A DNA stretch of 64,000 bases from Candidatus Giovannonibacteria bacterium RIFCSPLOWO2_02_FULL_43_54. GTDB lineage: Bacteria > Patescibacteriota > Minisyncoccia > UBA11713 > 2-01-FULL-45-33. Positions 55,800 to 64,000 of the stretch are shown one piece after another. The notes beneath the pieces are model-generated. The model ran no database searches and was not told the origin of the DNA. It saw nothing but the letters and a program-made list of their open reading frames with translations. Each line of letters opens with the position of its first letter. Position 1 is the first letter of the stretch. The translations under genes were made by a program, and so were the position numbers. Location: contig MFIK01000041.1 in NCBI GenBank assembly GCA_001778875.1, positions 2,033 to 66,032 on the forward strand, in the 5' to 3' direction.

Positions 55800-56852
55800 A
55801 TGCAACTGCCAAATTTTTTAAAACTGCCGGTTTATGCGTTCGATATTTCGGACCAGTCTTATAAGTATTTATTGTTAAAAGAAGAGAAAGAAGGAGTTGT
55901 CGTGGATGATTTTGGCGGCGCGAATATTCCAAACGGGGTTATTGAGAGGGGGGAGATCAAAAAACCTGATGTTCTTGTCGCTCAGCTTCGCGCGCTTTTC
56001 CTGCTTCGGGGAATAAAATATGCCGCGCTTGCGTTGCCGGAGGAAAAAGGATTTTTAAGAACGGTAAAGCTATCGGGCATTAAAGAGGAAGAAGTTGGCC
56101 GGGCGCTTGAATTTCAATTGGAAGAGCATATTCCGCTTTCCGCGGCCGACGCGGTTTTTAATTACACGATAAGCAAAAGAGAAAAAGACCATTTAGACGT
56201 AGTTCTTTCCGCGTTCCCGAAAATAACGGTTGAATCGTATCTCGATGTTTTTTCGAAGGCAGGCGCTTTGCCGGTATATATTGAATCGGAGCTCAACGCC
56301 TCGGTCGCCGCGGTTATTCCCGTGGATTTCAAAAAAACCGCGATGCTCATCAATTGGGGGCATACGCGGACAAGCTTTTCCATAGTAGATAGCGGTGTTT
56401 TGGGGTTTACCACGACAGTTCCGATAGGCGGGTCGGGGCTCGATGAGGTGATCGCGAAGAGTCTAAATGTCGGTTTAGCAAAAGCGGAGCTGTTAAAGAA
56501 GGAAAAAGGATTCATAAAAAGCGCGTCTTCGGCGGATGTTTTTGAGGCAATGATTCCGTTTATAACGGCTTTTAGCGAAGAAGTTGAAAAGTACATCAAT
56601 TATTGGCAGACGCATTCAGAAACAAAAGAAGCTCCAGAGAGGATATTTCTTTACGGCGGAGAAGCCAATCTTGCGGGTTTTAAAGAATATTTATCAAAAC
56701 AGCTTAATATTGAGGTGTCTTTAGCTGATCCATGGGTAAATATGCGTTTTCCCGGGCATTATTTGCCGGAGATAGAATTAAAAGATTCATTGCGTTTTGC
56801 CACCTCGATCGGATTATCCCTAAACGCATTAAGAGAAAATAAATTTTTATAA
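55800..56852 (+). CDS. pilM: PilM actin-like pilus assembly protein
   Basis: AFDISD, LEEHIP, IPIGG-like VPIGG, LYGGEA, IGL. Confidence 0.9.
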   Translation: MQLPNFLKLPVYAFDISDQSYKYLLLKEEKEGVVVDDFGGANIPNGVIERGEIKKPDVLVAQLRALFLLRGIKYAALALPEEKGFLRTVKLSGIKEEEVGRALEFQLEEHIPLSAADAVFNYTISKREKDHLDVVLSAFPKITVESYLDVFSKAGALPVYIESELNASVAAVIPVDFKKTAMLINWGHTRTSFSIVDSGVLGFTTTVPIGGSGLDEVIAKSLNVGLAKAELLKKEKGFIKSASSADVFEAMIPFITAFSEEVEKYINYWQTHSETKEAPERIFLYGGEANLAGFKEYLSKQLNIEVSLADPWVNMRFPGHYLPEIELKDSLRFATSIGLSLNALRENKFL

Positions 56853-56853
56853 A

Positions 56854-57408
56854 ATGTTGCTTGCGGAAAATTACAAAAAGCTGGTCAGGCGTGAAAAAAT
56901 ATTGCGGCTTTCGGCGTATTTTTTCTTTATGCTTTCCGCCGCAGGCATTCTTGGCCTTGCTCTTATGCTGCCATCTTATTTTTTACTGATATTTTCCAAG
57001 GATGATCATTTAAGGACGCTCCGTATCGAAGAAGAGATATTGGCCAGAAAAGAGCTCGGTAAATTGGAGGGGGAGATATCAAAAGTGAACGAAGCTATTG
57101 ATGCGTTCGAGCGAAACGAAAAAAAACGTCGCTCTATTTCAGGCGTTCTTATCCGCCTTTTTAGAACAACTCCATCCGCCGGGATCCGGATATTCAGCCT
57201 GAATTTGAAACGGGAAAAGACCGGCGAGTTTTTGCTCGCGATCCAGGGAAGCGCCGATCGAAGAGAGGATTTTCTTAAATACAAGGCCGCTCTCGAGGCT
57301 TCCCCGGATTTCTCCGGCGTGATCTCACCGATAAAGAATCTACTTTCAGAATTTAACCTTGAATTCAACATCGAGCTTAAAATTAAGCCGGAAATATACG
57401 GTATATGA
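56854..57408 (+). CDS. pilN: PilN-like protein
   Basis: TM, coiled coil, IQGSA; position after pilM. Confidence 0.72.
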   Translation: MLLAENYKKLVRREKILRLSAYFFFMLSAAGILGLALMLPSYFLLIFSKDDHLRTLRIEEEILARKELGKLEGEISKVNEAIDAFERNEKKRRSISGVLIRLFRTTPSAGIRIFSLNLKREKTGEFLLAIQGSADRREDFLKYKAALEASPDFSGVISPIKNLLSEFNLEFNIELKIKPEIYGI

Positions 57409-57929
57409 GGAAGCTCAACGGAAAAACATTATGGGTCGTGATTGCGGGGATCTTTATGCTCGGAATAATATCCTCGGCTGTTTGGTTCTTAAATTCGGAG
57501 ATCAACGAGACAAGCAGAGTGATCAGCGAGGCATCGATAAGTCTCGCCATGCTCCGGGAGAAAGAGCGGGAATTTGAAGAATCCTCGGCTAATTTGAAAA
57601 AATTTTCATTAGAGATAGCGAATTTGAACAAGGCATTTTTGAGCGAAGAAACATTTGTTGATCTTTTGAGACTCTTTGAAGATCTTGCGAGATCAGCCGG
57701 CGTGAAGTTCAAGGCGCAGAGCGCGAAAGTGCCGACAGCCTCGGATGATAAGGCGAGCTTGTCATTCGAGCTGGAAGGAGAAAAAGAATCGCTGGTCAGA
57801 TTTTTCATACTGCTTGATAGAATGCCTTATTCCGGCATCGCGGATAACATAAATTGGAGCCAACAAGGCAAAGAGCCGGATAATATAAAAGTAAACGCAA
57901 ATTACATAATTTTTAATTACGTGAAATAA
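57405..57929 (+). CDS. pilO: PilO-like protein
   Basis: TM, coiled coil, LARSAGV, FFILLDRMPY. Confidence 0.72.
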   Translation: MRKLNGKTLWVVIAGIFMLGIISSAVWFLNSEINETSRVISEASISLAMLREKEREFEESSANLKKFSLEIANLNKAFLSEETFVDLLRLFEDLARSAGVKFKAQSAKVPTASDDKASLSFELEGEKESLVRFFILLDRMPYSGIADNINWSQQGKEPDNIKVNANYIIFNYVK

Positions 57930-57933
57930 TATT

Positions 57934-58221
57934 ATGAAAATAAATTTTATTCCAAAAATACCAAAATTCGAATCCAACAATATCCAAAAAATTTGGAAAT
58001 ACGAATTAATATTGACGGCGCTTTTGCTGGCGGTGTTTTTGGGCTGGGATCTCTGGATATATTATAAAAAGGCGGAAGCAAACAGAAACATATCGGCTTC
58101 CCCCGACACATCCAAAGTCGTTTCCCTAAAAAAAGAAAGCCTTTTGGCAATAGATAAAAAACTGCAGGGATACAAAGACTTCCTCAAAAACCCGAAATTT
58201 ACCCCGTATGAAAATTTTTAA
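57934..58221 (+). CDS. Small single-TM protein ending the pil operon
   Basis: 95 aa, one TM. Confidence 0.6.
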   Translation: MKINFIPKIPKFESNNIQKIWKYELILTALLLAVFLGWDLWIYYKKAEANRNISASPDTSKVVSLKKESLLAIDKKLQGYKDFLKNPKFTPYENF

Positions 58222-58279
58222 TAATTTTTTGTAAGAAATAAAGTTTTCAAAAGCATGGTAGTAATTTAGGTGGTAAAAA

Positions 58280-58634
58280 ATGTTTAAGAAATTGTACGCT
58301 AAAAACAAAAGACTGTTAATTGTAGTCGCCGAACGGACAAAAACTCATCTTAAAATCATCACAATCATAGATACTTCAAATATAAATAAACATTTATGAA
58401 AAAAATAATCCAAAAATTTCATACGACAAAGAAAGCAAAGTGCTTTCAGTAGAAGTAGAAAAAACAAAGAGCGCGGACTCCGACATCAGCGGTAATGTCG
58501 TTGTTGACTACGATAAAAATGGCAAAATTTCACATATTAATTTCTACGAATTTAATTTCGATAACTTCAAAAGCAACCTCAAGGCGCTGAAAGATTTTTC
58601 ACGCAATCGAGAAGTGGCTTTGTCCGTAAAATAA
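58280..58634 (+). pseudogene. Decayed DUF4258/DUF2283 toxin-antitoxin-like pair
   Basis: Only a C-terminal toxin fragment (RLLIVV..LKIITII) remains; the DUF2283 start MKK is out of frame with ISYDKESKVL..VVVDYDKNGKI at an A7 run (58399-58405). Confidence 0.6.
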
Positions 58635-58684
58635 AAAACCGCCGAAATTTTCCGGACGGCTTGTGAAAGATATTTTGCGTTTTT

Positions 58685-58834
58685 TTATTTAGTATCAATG
58701 GCCGCCGTAATCGCGACCAATGCCAATGCGATGCCTGTGCCCAATCTGGCTACCCACACCATCTCTGCTGGAGCGGAAACGTAGCCTAATACAATAAAAA
58801 ACACAGCACACGACCCAAAGATTATTGCAGTCAT
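58685..58834 (-). CDS. 49-aa two-TM peptide
   Basis: Translated by hand: MTAIIFGSCAVFFIVLGYVSAPAEMVWVARLGTGIALALVAITAAIDTK; GGGAGG SD, TTGACA promoter, downstream hairpin. Confidence 0.55.
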   Translation of the reverse strand: MTAIIFGSCAVFFIVLGYVSAPAEMVWVARLGTGIALALVAITAAIDTK

Positions 58835-58936
58835 TTTTAATTTCCTCCCTGCATTGAGGTTATCATATTATCCAAATCCTGTCAATACTTTGACTTTTTA
58901 GCCAAATAATATATTATTTACTCATTATTAATAACC

Positions 58937-58993
58937 GCGGTGGTCTTTAGATAGATAGGCTATTTAAGTAGTCTAGAATCTGGAGGGCATCGC
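58937..58993 (+). promoter_or_regulatory. Long stem-loop in the pnp leader
   Basis: GCGGTGGTCTTTAGAT/ATCTGGAGGGCATCGC outer stem and TAGGCTA/TAGTCTA inner stem. Confidence 0.6.
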
Positions 58994-59005
58994 TCATAAA
59001 ATAGT

Positions 59006-61240
59006 ATGCAAAGTAAAAAATTTACGGCGGAAGTCGGCGGAAGGACTTTAACCGCCGAGTTTACCGACATGGCACATCAGGCCAATGGTTCCTGTTTAAT
59101 AACTTACGGGGGCACGGTCATCTTGGCAACGGCGGTGCAATCCAAAAACGCCCGCGAAGGAACGGACTTTTTTCCGCTAACAGTTGACTATGAGGAAAAA
59201 TTTTACGCCGCGGGAATGATATTGGGTTCGCGTTTTATGCGAAGGGAGGGCAAGGCTTCCGACGAAGCTGTTTTGGTATCGCGGCTTATTGATCGCTCCA
59301 TCCGCCCTCTATTTTCGCAAAAAACCAGGAATGAGGTTCAGGTAATTATTTTGGCGCTCTCAATCGATGAAGATAACGATCCGGATATTTTATCTATTTT
59401 GGGCGCATCTTTGGCGCTCGGCACCTCAAATATTCCCTGGGCAGGCCCGATAGGCGCCGTAAGAATAGGAAAAAAAGATGGCAAATTGATAATCAATCCT
59501 TCCTACTCGGACAGGCTCGATGCTTCGCTAGATACAGTTATCTGCGGAAAGGACGGGAAAGTAAACATGATTGAGGCCGGCGCTCTCGAAATCTCCGAAG
59601 ACGAAATGATGGAAGCGCTAGAAACCGCGAGTCGCGAAATTGACAAGCTTTGCGATTTCCAAAAAAAGATAATTTCCGAACTTGGAGAGAAAAAAAACGA
59701 AATCAAATTGGTCGAGGCGCCAGCGGATATGAAAGAGATGTTCAAAAAAAATGTCGTAAAAAAACTCGAGGAATCTATCTATATCAAAGAAAAATTGAAT
59801 AGATACGAGGCGCTGAACCAATTAAAAAAGGGCTGGGTGGAAACCTGTGTTGAATTTTTCCCCGAAGTTTCCAAATCTATCTCCGACGGGCTTTTTGAAG
59901 AGGCGATAGATGAGATTGTGCATAAAAATATTATTGAGAAAGAAAAGAGACCGGACGGCAGGGGAACAAAGGAAATCCGCAAACTTTTTGCGAAAGCAGG
60001 ATTATTTCCAAGAACACACGGCTCGGGATTATTTTACCGCGGAGAGACGCATATATTATCTATAACAACCCTCGGCGCGCCTTCGGATGTCCAGCTTATC
60101 GAAGGAATGGAAATTCGCGCAAAAAAAAGATTCATGCACCATTACAACTTCCCGCCTTTCTCGGTCGGCGAAATCAAACCGATGAGGGGCCCAGCAAGAA
60201 GAGATATCGGACACGGCGCTTTGGCCGAGCGTGCTCTCTTGGCGATCATCCCGAAGCCGGAAGATTTTCCGTACACGATTCGCGTGGTTTCCGAAACACT
60301 TTCGTCAAATGGATCATCCTCGATGGGCTCGGTTACAGCTGGCGCCTTGTCCCTGATGGACGCGGGAGTGCCGATCAAAGCCCCGGCCGCGGGAATCGCG
60401 ATGGGATTGATGTTGAGCGAAGCGAAATCCGCCTCAGGCGGAATGGATGACTACCGCTACAAAATTCTCACCGACATCCAGGGACCGGAAGACCATCACG
60501 GGGACATGGATTTCAAAGTTGCCGGAACGAAAGACGGAATTACGGCAGTTCAAATGGACGTTAAAGTGGCAGGAATTCCTTTGAAAATAATGAAAGAGGT
60601 GTTTTTGCAGGCACGCGAGGCGCGCATCCAAATACTTGAAGTGGTTACAAAAGAGCTTCACGCGCCGAGACCGGAGCTTTCGGAATACGCTCCGCGTATT
60701 CTTACAATGCATATTAATCCTGATAAAATTAGGGACGTTATCGGACCTGGTGGTAAAATGATCCAGTCGATAATCGCGGAAACCGGCACGGAAATAGACA
60801 TTGAGCAGGACGGGACTATTTTCATTACCGCGACAAATCCTGACGGCATGAAAGCCGCGGAAGCAAAAATACAAATGCTCACGAAAGAATTCGTTGTCGG
60901 AGAAACATTTGAAGGAAAGATAACGCGCATCTTCCCGTTCGGTGCGATGGTTGAAATTGGCCCAAAACAGGAGGGCTTGGTGCATATCTCGGAGTTGGCG
61001 CCTTTTCGCGTGAATCAGGTGACAGACGTGGTTTCTCCGGGAGATGAAGTAAAAGTAAAAGTTGTCGGCATCGACGATCAGGGAAGGGTGAACCTTTCGA
61101 TCAAGGCGGCAATGGAACTCAAATTAAAATCTCCCGAAGCGCGCGCAAGCGGCGAATCGGAAGCCAGGCGTCAGCAAGACTCGCGTGAACGAAGGGACGG
61201 AGGCGGGTTTGGCGGACGAGGCGGAGGACACAGAAGATAA
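59006..61240 (+). CDS. pnp: Polyribonucleotide nucleotidyltransferase
   Basis: DFFPLTVDY, SRLIDRSIRP, SNGSSSM, GDMDFKVAG, KH and S1 domains. Confidence 0.98.
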   Translation: MQSKKFTAEVGGRTLTAEFTDMAHQANGSCLITYGGTVILATAVQSKNAREGTDFFPLTVDYEEKFYAAGMILGSRFMRREGKASDEAVLVSRLIDRSIRPLFSQKTRNEVQVIILALSIDEDNDPDILSILGASLALGTSNIPWAGPIGAVRIGKKDGKLIINPSYSDRLDASLDTVICGKDGKVNMIEAGALEISEDEMMEALETASREIDKLCDFQKKIISELGEKKNEIKLVEAPADMKEMFKKNVVKKLEESIYIKEKLNRYEALNQLKKGWVETCVEFFPEVSKSISDGLFEEAIDEIVHKNIIEKEKRPDGRGTKEIRKLFAKAGLFPRTHGSGLFYRGETHILSITTLGAPSDVQLIEGMEIRAKKRFMHHYNFPPFSVGEIKPMRGPARRDIGHGALAERALLAIIPKPEDFPYTIRVVSETLSSNGSSSMGSVTAGALSLMDAGVPIKAPAAGIAMGLMLSEAKSASGGMDDYRYKILTDIQGPEDHHGDMDFKVAGTKDGITAVQMDVKVAGIPLKIMKEVFLQAREARIQILEVVTKELHAPRPELSEYAPRILTMHINPDKIRDVIGPGGKMIQSIIAETGTEIDIEQDGTIFITATNPDGMKAAEAKIQMLTKEFVVGETFEGKITRIFPFGAMVEIGPKQEGLVHISELAPFRVNQVTDVVSPGDEVKVKVVGIDDQGRVNLSIKAAMELKLKSPEARASGESEARRQQDSRERRDGGGFGGRGGGHRR

Positions 61241-61266
61241 AAAGTATTTTTGGTATAATTGATATT

Positions 61267-62190
61267 ATGCCTCCTGAAGAAAATATAAAATCCGCGCCAC
61301 CTATGCCACAGGGCATTCCCAAGATCCGCACGTTCAAGTCAGATGCCCAGACCTATATGCACGAAAATCAGGTCACGCGCCTTGAGATGGACACAAAAAA
61401 TTATGTTTCGCAGACAGCAGAGCGCTGGAAGATACCAGCAGTCAATTACAAAATTTATGCTTATGTTTTGGGTGGAGTAATTTTGCTCGCAAGCGCGGGA
61501 TACTTTGGATATCAAATGTATTTGGGCAATATTTCGACTAAAGAGCCCGCCACGGAAAAACCGCGAGCTCATCCGGTTTTTCTGCAAGTTGAATCGGAAA
61601 CGGAGATAATATATTCAAAAGCCGACGGCGGGTCGCTTACCAACGCGATAAAAAACGCTCTAGGCCAGCAATATAAATTTGGAACAATAAATTATTTAAA
61701 AATCAGGCAGAACGAAAACCAGCCCTATTTGAATGCCGGAGAATTCATAAAAATAATGCTGTGGAGCCCGCCAAACAGCTTTTTGGAAAATTTGGATTCT
61801 GCGTTTAATGTGCTTGTTGTTTATCAGGGTTCTGTTTCGGCGGCAGACGGGCTCAACAACGCACCTGTTTTCGTTTTTAAAACAAAGAATTTCGCAAGCT
61901 CATATGCCGCGCTTCTCGAATGGGAAACAGGAAACGCAGAAAAAACCAATACGCTTTGGCAAGATTTAAAACCGTTCATTAATCTTCAAAATATTGATCC
62001 GGCTTCTCTTTACAGAAAAGAATTTGAGGACAATCTTATCAAAAACAATGACGCCCGCGCCTTTAGAGCAGCTGACGGCAGAATGCTTTTGGAATACGCA
62101 CTGTTCAACAAAAAATTTATTATCATAAGCCCCTCCCGCGAAGCGCTCTCCCTCGTCCTCGGCCGGTTTATTGTCCTGCCTCCGCAATAA
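61267..62190 (+). CDS. Conserved-looking CPR single-TM hypothetical protein
   Basis: IRTFKSD N-terminus, TM, LLEWE, IKNNDAR. Confidence 0.7.
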   Translation: MPPEENIKSAPPMPQGIPKIRTFKSDAQTYMHENQVTRLEMDTKNYVSQTAERWKIPAVNYKIYAYVLGGVILLASAGYFGYQMYLGNISTKEPATEKPRAHPVFLQVESETEIIYSKADGGSLTNAIKNALGQQYKFGTINYLKIRQNENQPYLNAGEFIKIMLWSPPNSFLENLDSAFNVLVVYQGSVSAADGLNNAPVFVFKTKNFASSYAALLEWETGNAEKTNTLWQDLKPFINLQNIDPASLYRKEFEDNLIKNNDARAFRAADGRMLLEYALFNKKFIIISPSREALSLVLGRFIVLPPQ

Positions 62191-62242
62191 GCCGCACTAT
62201 CATTTTGACTAAGTGGTCGTAATCATCTAAAATTTACCGTAA

Positions 62243-62455
62243 ATGATTATTTTTACCAATCATGCGAAAAAACGCATGCGGGAGAGAAAGATATTAAAAT
62301 CGCAAATTATTGCGGCCATAGAAAATCCTGAATCTGCAGAGTCGCAAGAAAATGATCTTAAAATTCTTCGAAGAAAGTTTGGGGATAAGATTTTGGAATT
62401 AGTCATTGAAAGTGGAAAAAACAAAGTTATTGTGGTAACATTATATTGGTTATGA
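62243..62455 (+). CDS. DUF4258 toxin-like protein
   Basis: IIFTNHAKKRMRERKI..VIVVT. Confidence 0.8.
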   Translation: MIIFTNHAKKRMRERKILKSQIIAAIENPESAESQENDLKILRRKFGDKILELVIESGKNKVIVVTLYWL

Positions 62456-62661
62456 AAATACAATACGATAAACAGGCCGATGCCTTATACATATATATTG
62501 GCAAAGGAAAAATTAAGAAAACCATAAAAGCCGGTAAAAATGCTCTTATTGATATGGGCGACAAAGACCGTGTTATTGGCGTCGAGTTTTATAAAATTTC
62601 GCTCTCTGCTTCTAAAGAAAGACTGCAAAGCGTATCAGTAGAATTACCGGTTAACGCATAA
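62452..62661 (+). CDS. DUF2283 antitoxin-like protein
   Basis: MKIQYDKQADALYI..IGVEF; ATGA coupling. Confidence 0.82.
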   Translation: MKIQYDKQADALYIYIGKGKIKKTIKAGKNALIDMGDKDRVIGVEFYKISLSASKERLQSVSVELPVNA

Positions 62662-62664
62662 TTT

Positions 62665-63024
62665 ATGTTTATAGATACGAAATTTTTTAAAAAGCAGCTG
62701 GATGAGGAAAAGCAAAAGCTGGAGGGAGAATTGGAAACCGTTGCCAAAAGAAACCCCGACCAGCCGAAAGACTGGAACGCAACCTACCCCGACATGAATA
62801 TAATGGCCGCGGACAAAGAAGAGGTCGCCGACCAGGAAGAGGAATACGAGAACCGCGCAAGCTTCGAACTTGAGCTGGAATCGCGTCTGCGGGACATTAA
62901 TGATGCGCTGGTTCGCGTTGAAACAGGAAAATTCGGCAAATGTACCGTTGGTGGAGAAAATATCGATGAGGCGCGACTCCGCGCAAACCCGGCCGCCGCA
63001 ACATGCATCAAACACGCAGGGTAA
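62665..63024 (+). CDS. DksA/TraR-family protein
   Basis: Coiled coil DKEEVAD, ALVRVETGKFGKC, RLRANPAAATC; only two Cys. Confidence 0.85.
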   Translation: MFIDTKFFKKQLDEEKQKLEGELETVAKRNPDQPKDWNATYPDMNIMAADKEEVADQEEEYENRASFELELESRLRDINDALVRVETGKFGKCTVGGENIDEARLRANPAAATCIKHAG

Positions 63025-63121
63025 GATGCAAATCTACAAATCTAATGCGAATCCACAAATTGCGAATAAAATTCTTAATTAGCAATTAGCATTATTGGCA
63101 TAAAATTAGCATATTGGCATC
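63025..63121. repeat. Heptamer-periodic AT-rich element upstream of ahpC
   Basis: CAAAT/CGAAT units followed by ATTAGC/ATTGGC units in inverted orientation. Confidence 0.6.
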
Positions 63122-63706
63122 ATGTATAATATTGACCAAAAATTTCCGGATTTTTCTTTGGAGATCTATGACCCTGAAAAAGACGATGTAGGGAAAATAA
63201 CCATATCTGATTTTAGCGGCAGGTGGTTGGTTTTATTTTTCTACCCGGCAGATTTTACTTTTGTCTGCCCAACTGAGCTTGTTGACCTGCAAAGGCGGTA
63301 TGACGATTTCAAAAAACTGAACGCAGAAATAGTTTCCGTTTCCACGGATACGGTCCACTCGCACAAGGCATGGGTTGAGATGGAGGAAATTTTGAAAGGA
63401 ATAAAATATAAAATGGCCGCCGACCACAATGGGAAATTTTCCAAAGATCTCGGAATTTATTATGAGGAGAGCGGGAAATCGCACCGCGCCGTGTTTATCA
63501 TCGACCCCGACGGCGTTTTAAGATCTGTCCAGATAGTCGCCGACGCAATAGGGCGCTCCGTGGGAGAAATTTTCAGACAGTTAAAAGCACTCGACTTCGT
63601 CCGTAAAAACCCTGGTCATGTTTGTCCTGCCTCCTGGGACGAGGGAGCTCAAACCCTGATACCCTCCATCAAAAAGGCGGGCAAGGTTTACAAAGACCTG
63701 AAATAA
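63122..63706 (+). CDS. ahpC: Typical 2-Cys peroxiredoxin
   Basis: FFYPADFTFVCPTE and VCPASW. Confidence 0.96.
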   Translation: MYNIDQKFPDFSLEIYDPEKDDVGKITISDFSGRWLVLFFYPADFTFVCPTELVDLQRRYDDFKKLNAEIVSVSTDTVHSHKAWVEMEEILKGIKYKMAADHNGKFSKDLGIYYEESGKSHRAVFIIDPDGVLRSVQIVADAIGRSVGEIFRQLKALDFVRKNPGHVCPASWDEGAQTLIPSIKKAGKVYKDLK

Positions 63707-63738
63707 AGATAGCCTCAAATTAGAGGCTGTTTTTAAAC

Positions 63739-63900
63739 ATGGAAGAAACCTATTGCCCGTTTTGCAAGCTGGTGCATAATACGCTGGTTGAGGACTGTTG
63801 CATCTGCGGCGCAGAATTGATCTTAAAGCCAGACAGCTCGAACGGCGAAGACCACAGTTGTCCAATGTGCGTCAGCCACGATAAAATAGAAATGGCTTGA
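63739..63900 (+). CDS. 53-aa Cys-rich protein with three CxxC motifs (below the ORF-track cutoff)
   Basis: Translated by hand: MEETYCPFCKLVHNTLVEDCCICGAELILKPDSSNGEDHSCPMCVSHDKIEMA. Confidence 0.6.
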   Translation: MEETYCPFCKLVHNTLVEDCCICGAELILKPDSSNGEDHSCPMCVSHDKIEMA

Positions 63901-63911
63901 AAGGAGCTATA

Positions 63912-64000
63912 AATGGAAAAATATGTTTTGATCCTGTTGGGATTAGGATCGATATCGCTATTTATCGCCATCTGGCTCGCAAATTTGCTTGTTTAAAAAG
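63912..64000 (+). CDS. Start of a membrane-anchored ORF near the window edge
   Basis: AAGGAG SD followed by MEKYVLILLGLGSISLFIAIWLANLLV; a TAA near 63995 may end it as a 27-aa peptide. Confidence 0.3.

Noticed and set aside
1-64000. Alternative genetic code (TGA=Gly) or stop readthrough
   Set aside because: Conserved genes are full length in code 11 and several end in TGA at the expected position.

Overview
The window looks like a Patescibacteria/CPR (Parcubacteria-like) chromosome segment in genetic code 11. That assignment is an inference from an FKBP-less trigger factor, SD-less core genes, short PaaX/Cas2-like and TrmB-like regulators, DUF4258/DUF2283 modules and a CPR-style type IV pilus operon. 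Layout: (i) 1-3600, the tail of a probable integrated element; (ii) 3.7-14 kb, hicBA, tig, clpP, ftsH, gpmI, rny, ymdB, hup, tRNA-Gly and tRNA-Pro; (iii) about 14-42.4 kb, a loosely packed cluster of roughly 15 acyl-CoA enzymes, unexpected in CPR and interleaved with unrelated ORFans; (iv) 43.9-64 kb, hppA, nusA, a two-component pair, pilB-pilC-minor pilins-pilMNO, pnp, dksA-like and ahpC. The cluster contains an MIO ammonia-lyase with an unusual Asn-Ser-Gly triad, two AMP-forming ligases, an SDR, a thiolase, an acyl-CoA dehydrogenase, a fused B12 mutase with isobutyryl-CoA-mutase signature residues plus MeaB, a fused-E1/split-E2 2-oxoacid dehydrogenase, a PrpB-like lyase, two hotdog proteins and a Cys-less thiolase-fold/DUF35 pair. 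It is the best candidate for an undescribed system, possibly a valine/isobutyrate to butyryl-CoA to acetyl-CoA route with an aromatic branch. Secondary candidates are an unannotated ~165-nt multi-stem RNA at 27.1 kb, a palindrome-bracketed PaaX/Cas2-like gene, and small palindromic elements inserted in frame in core proteins. All functional calls come from motif reading; no searches were run.
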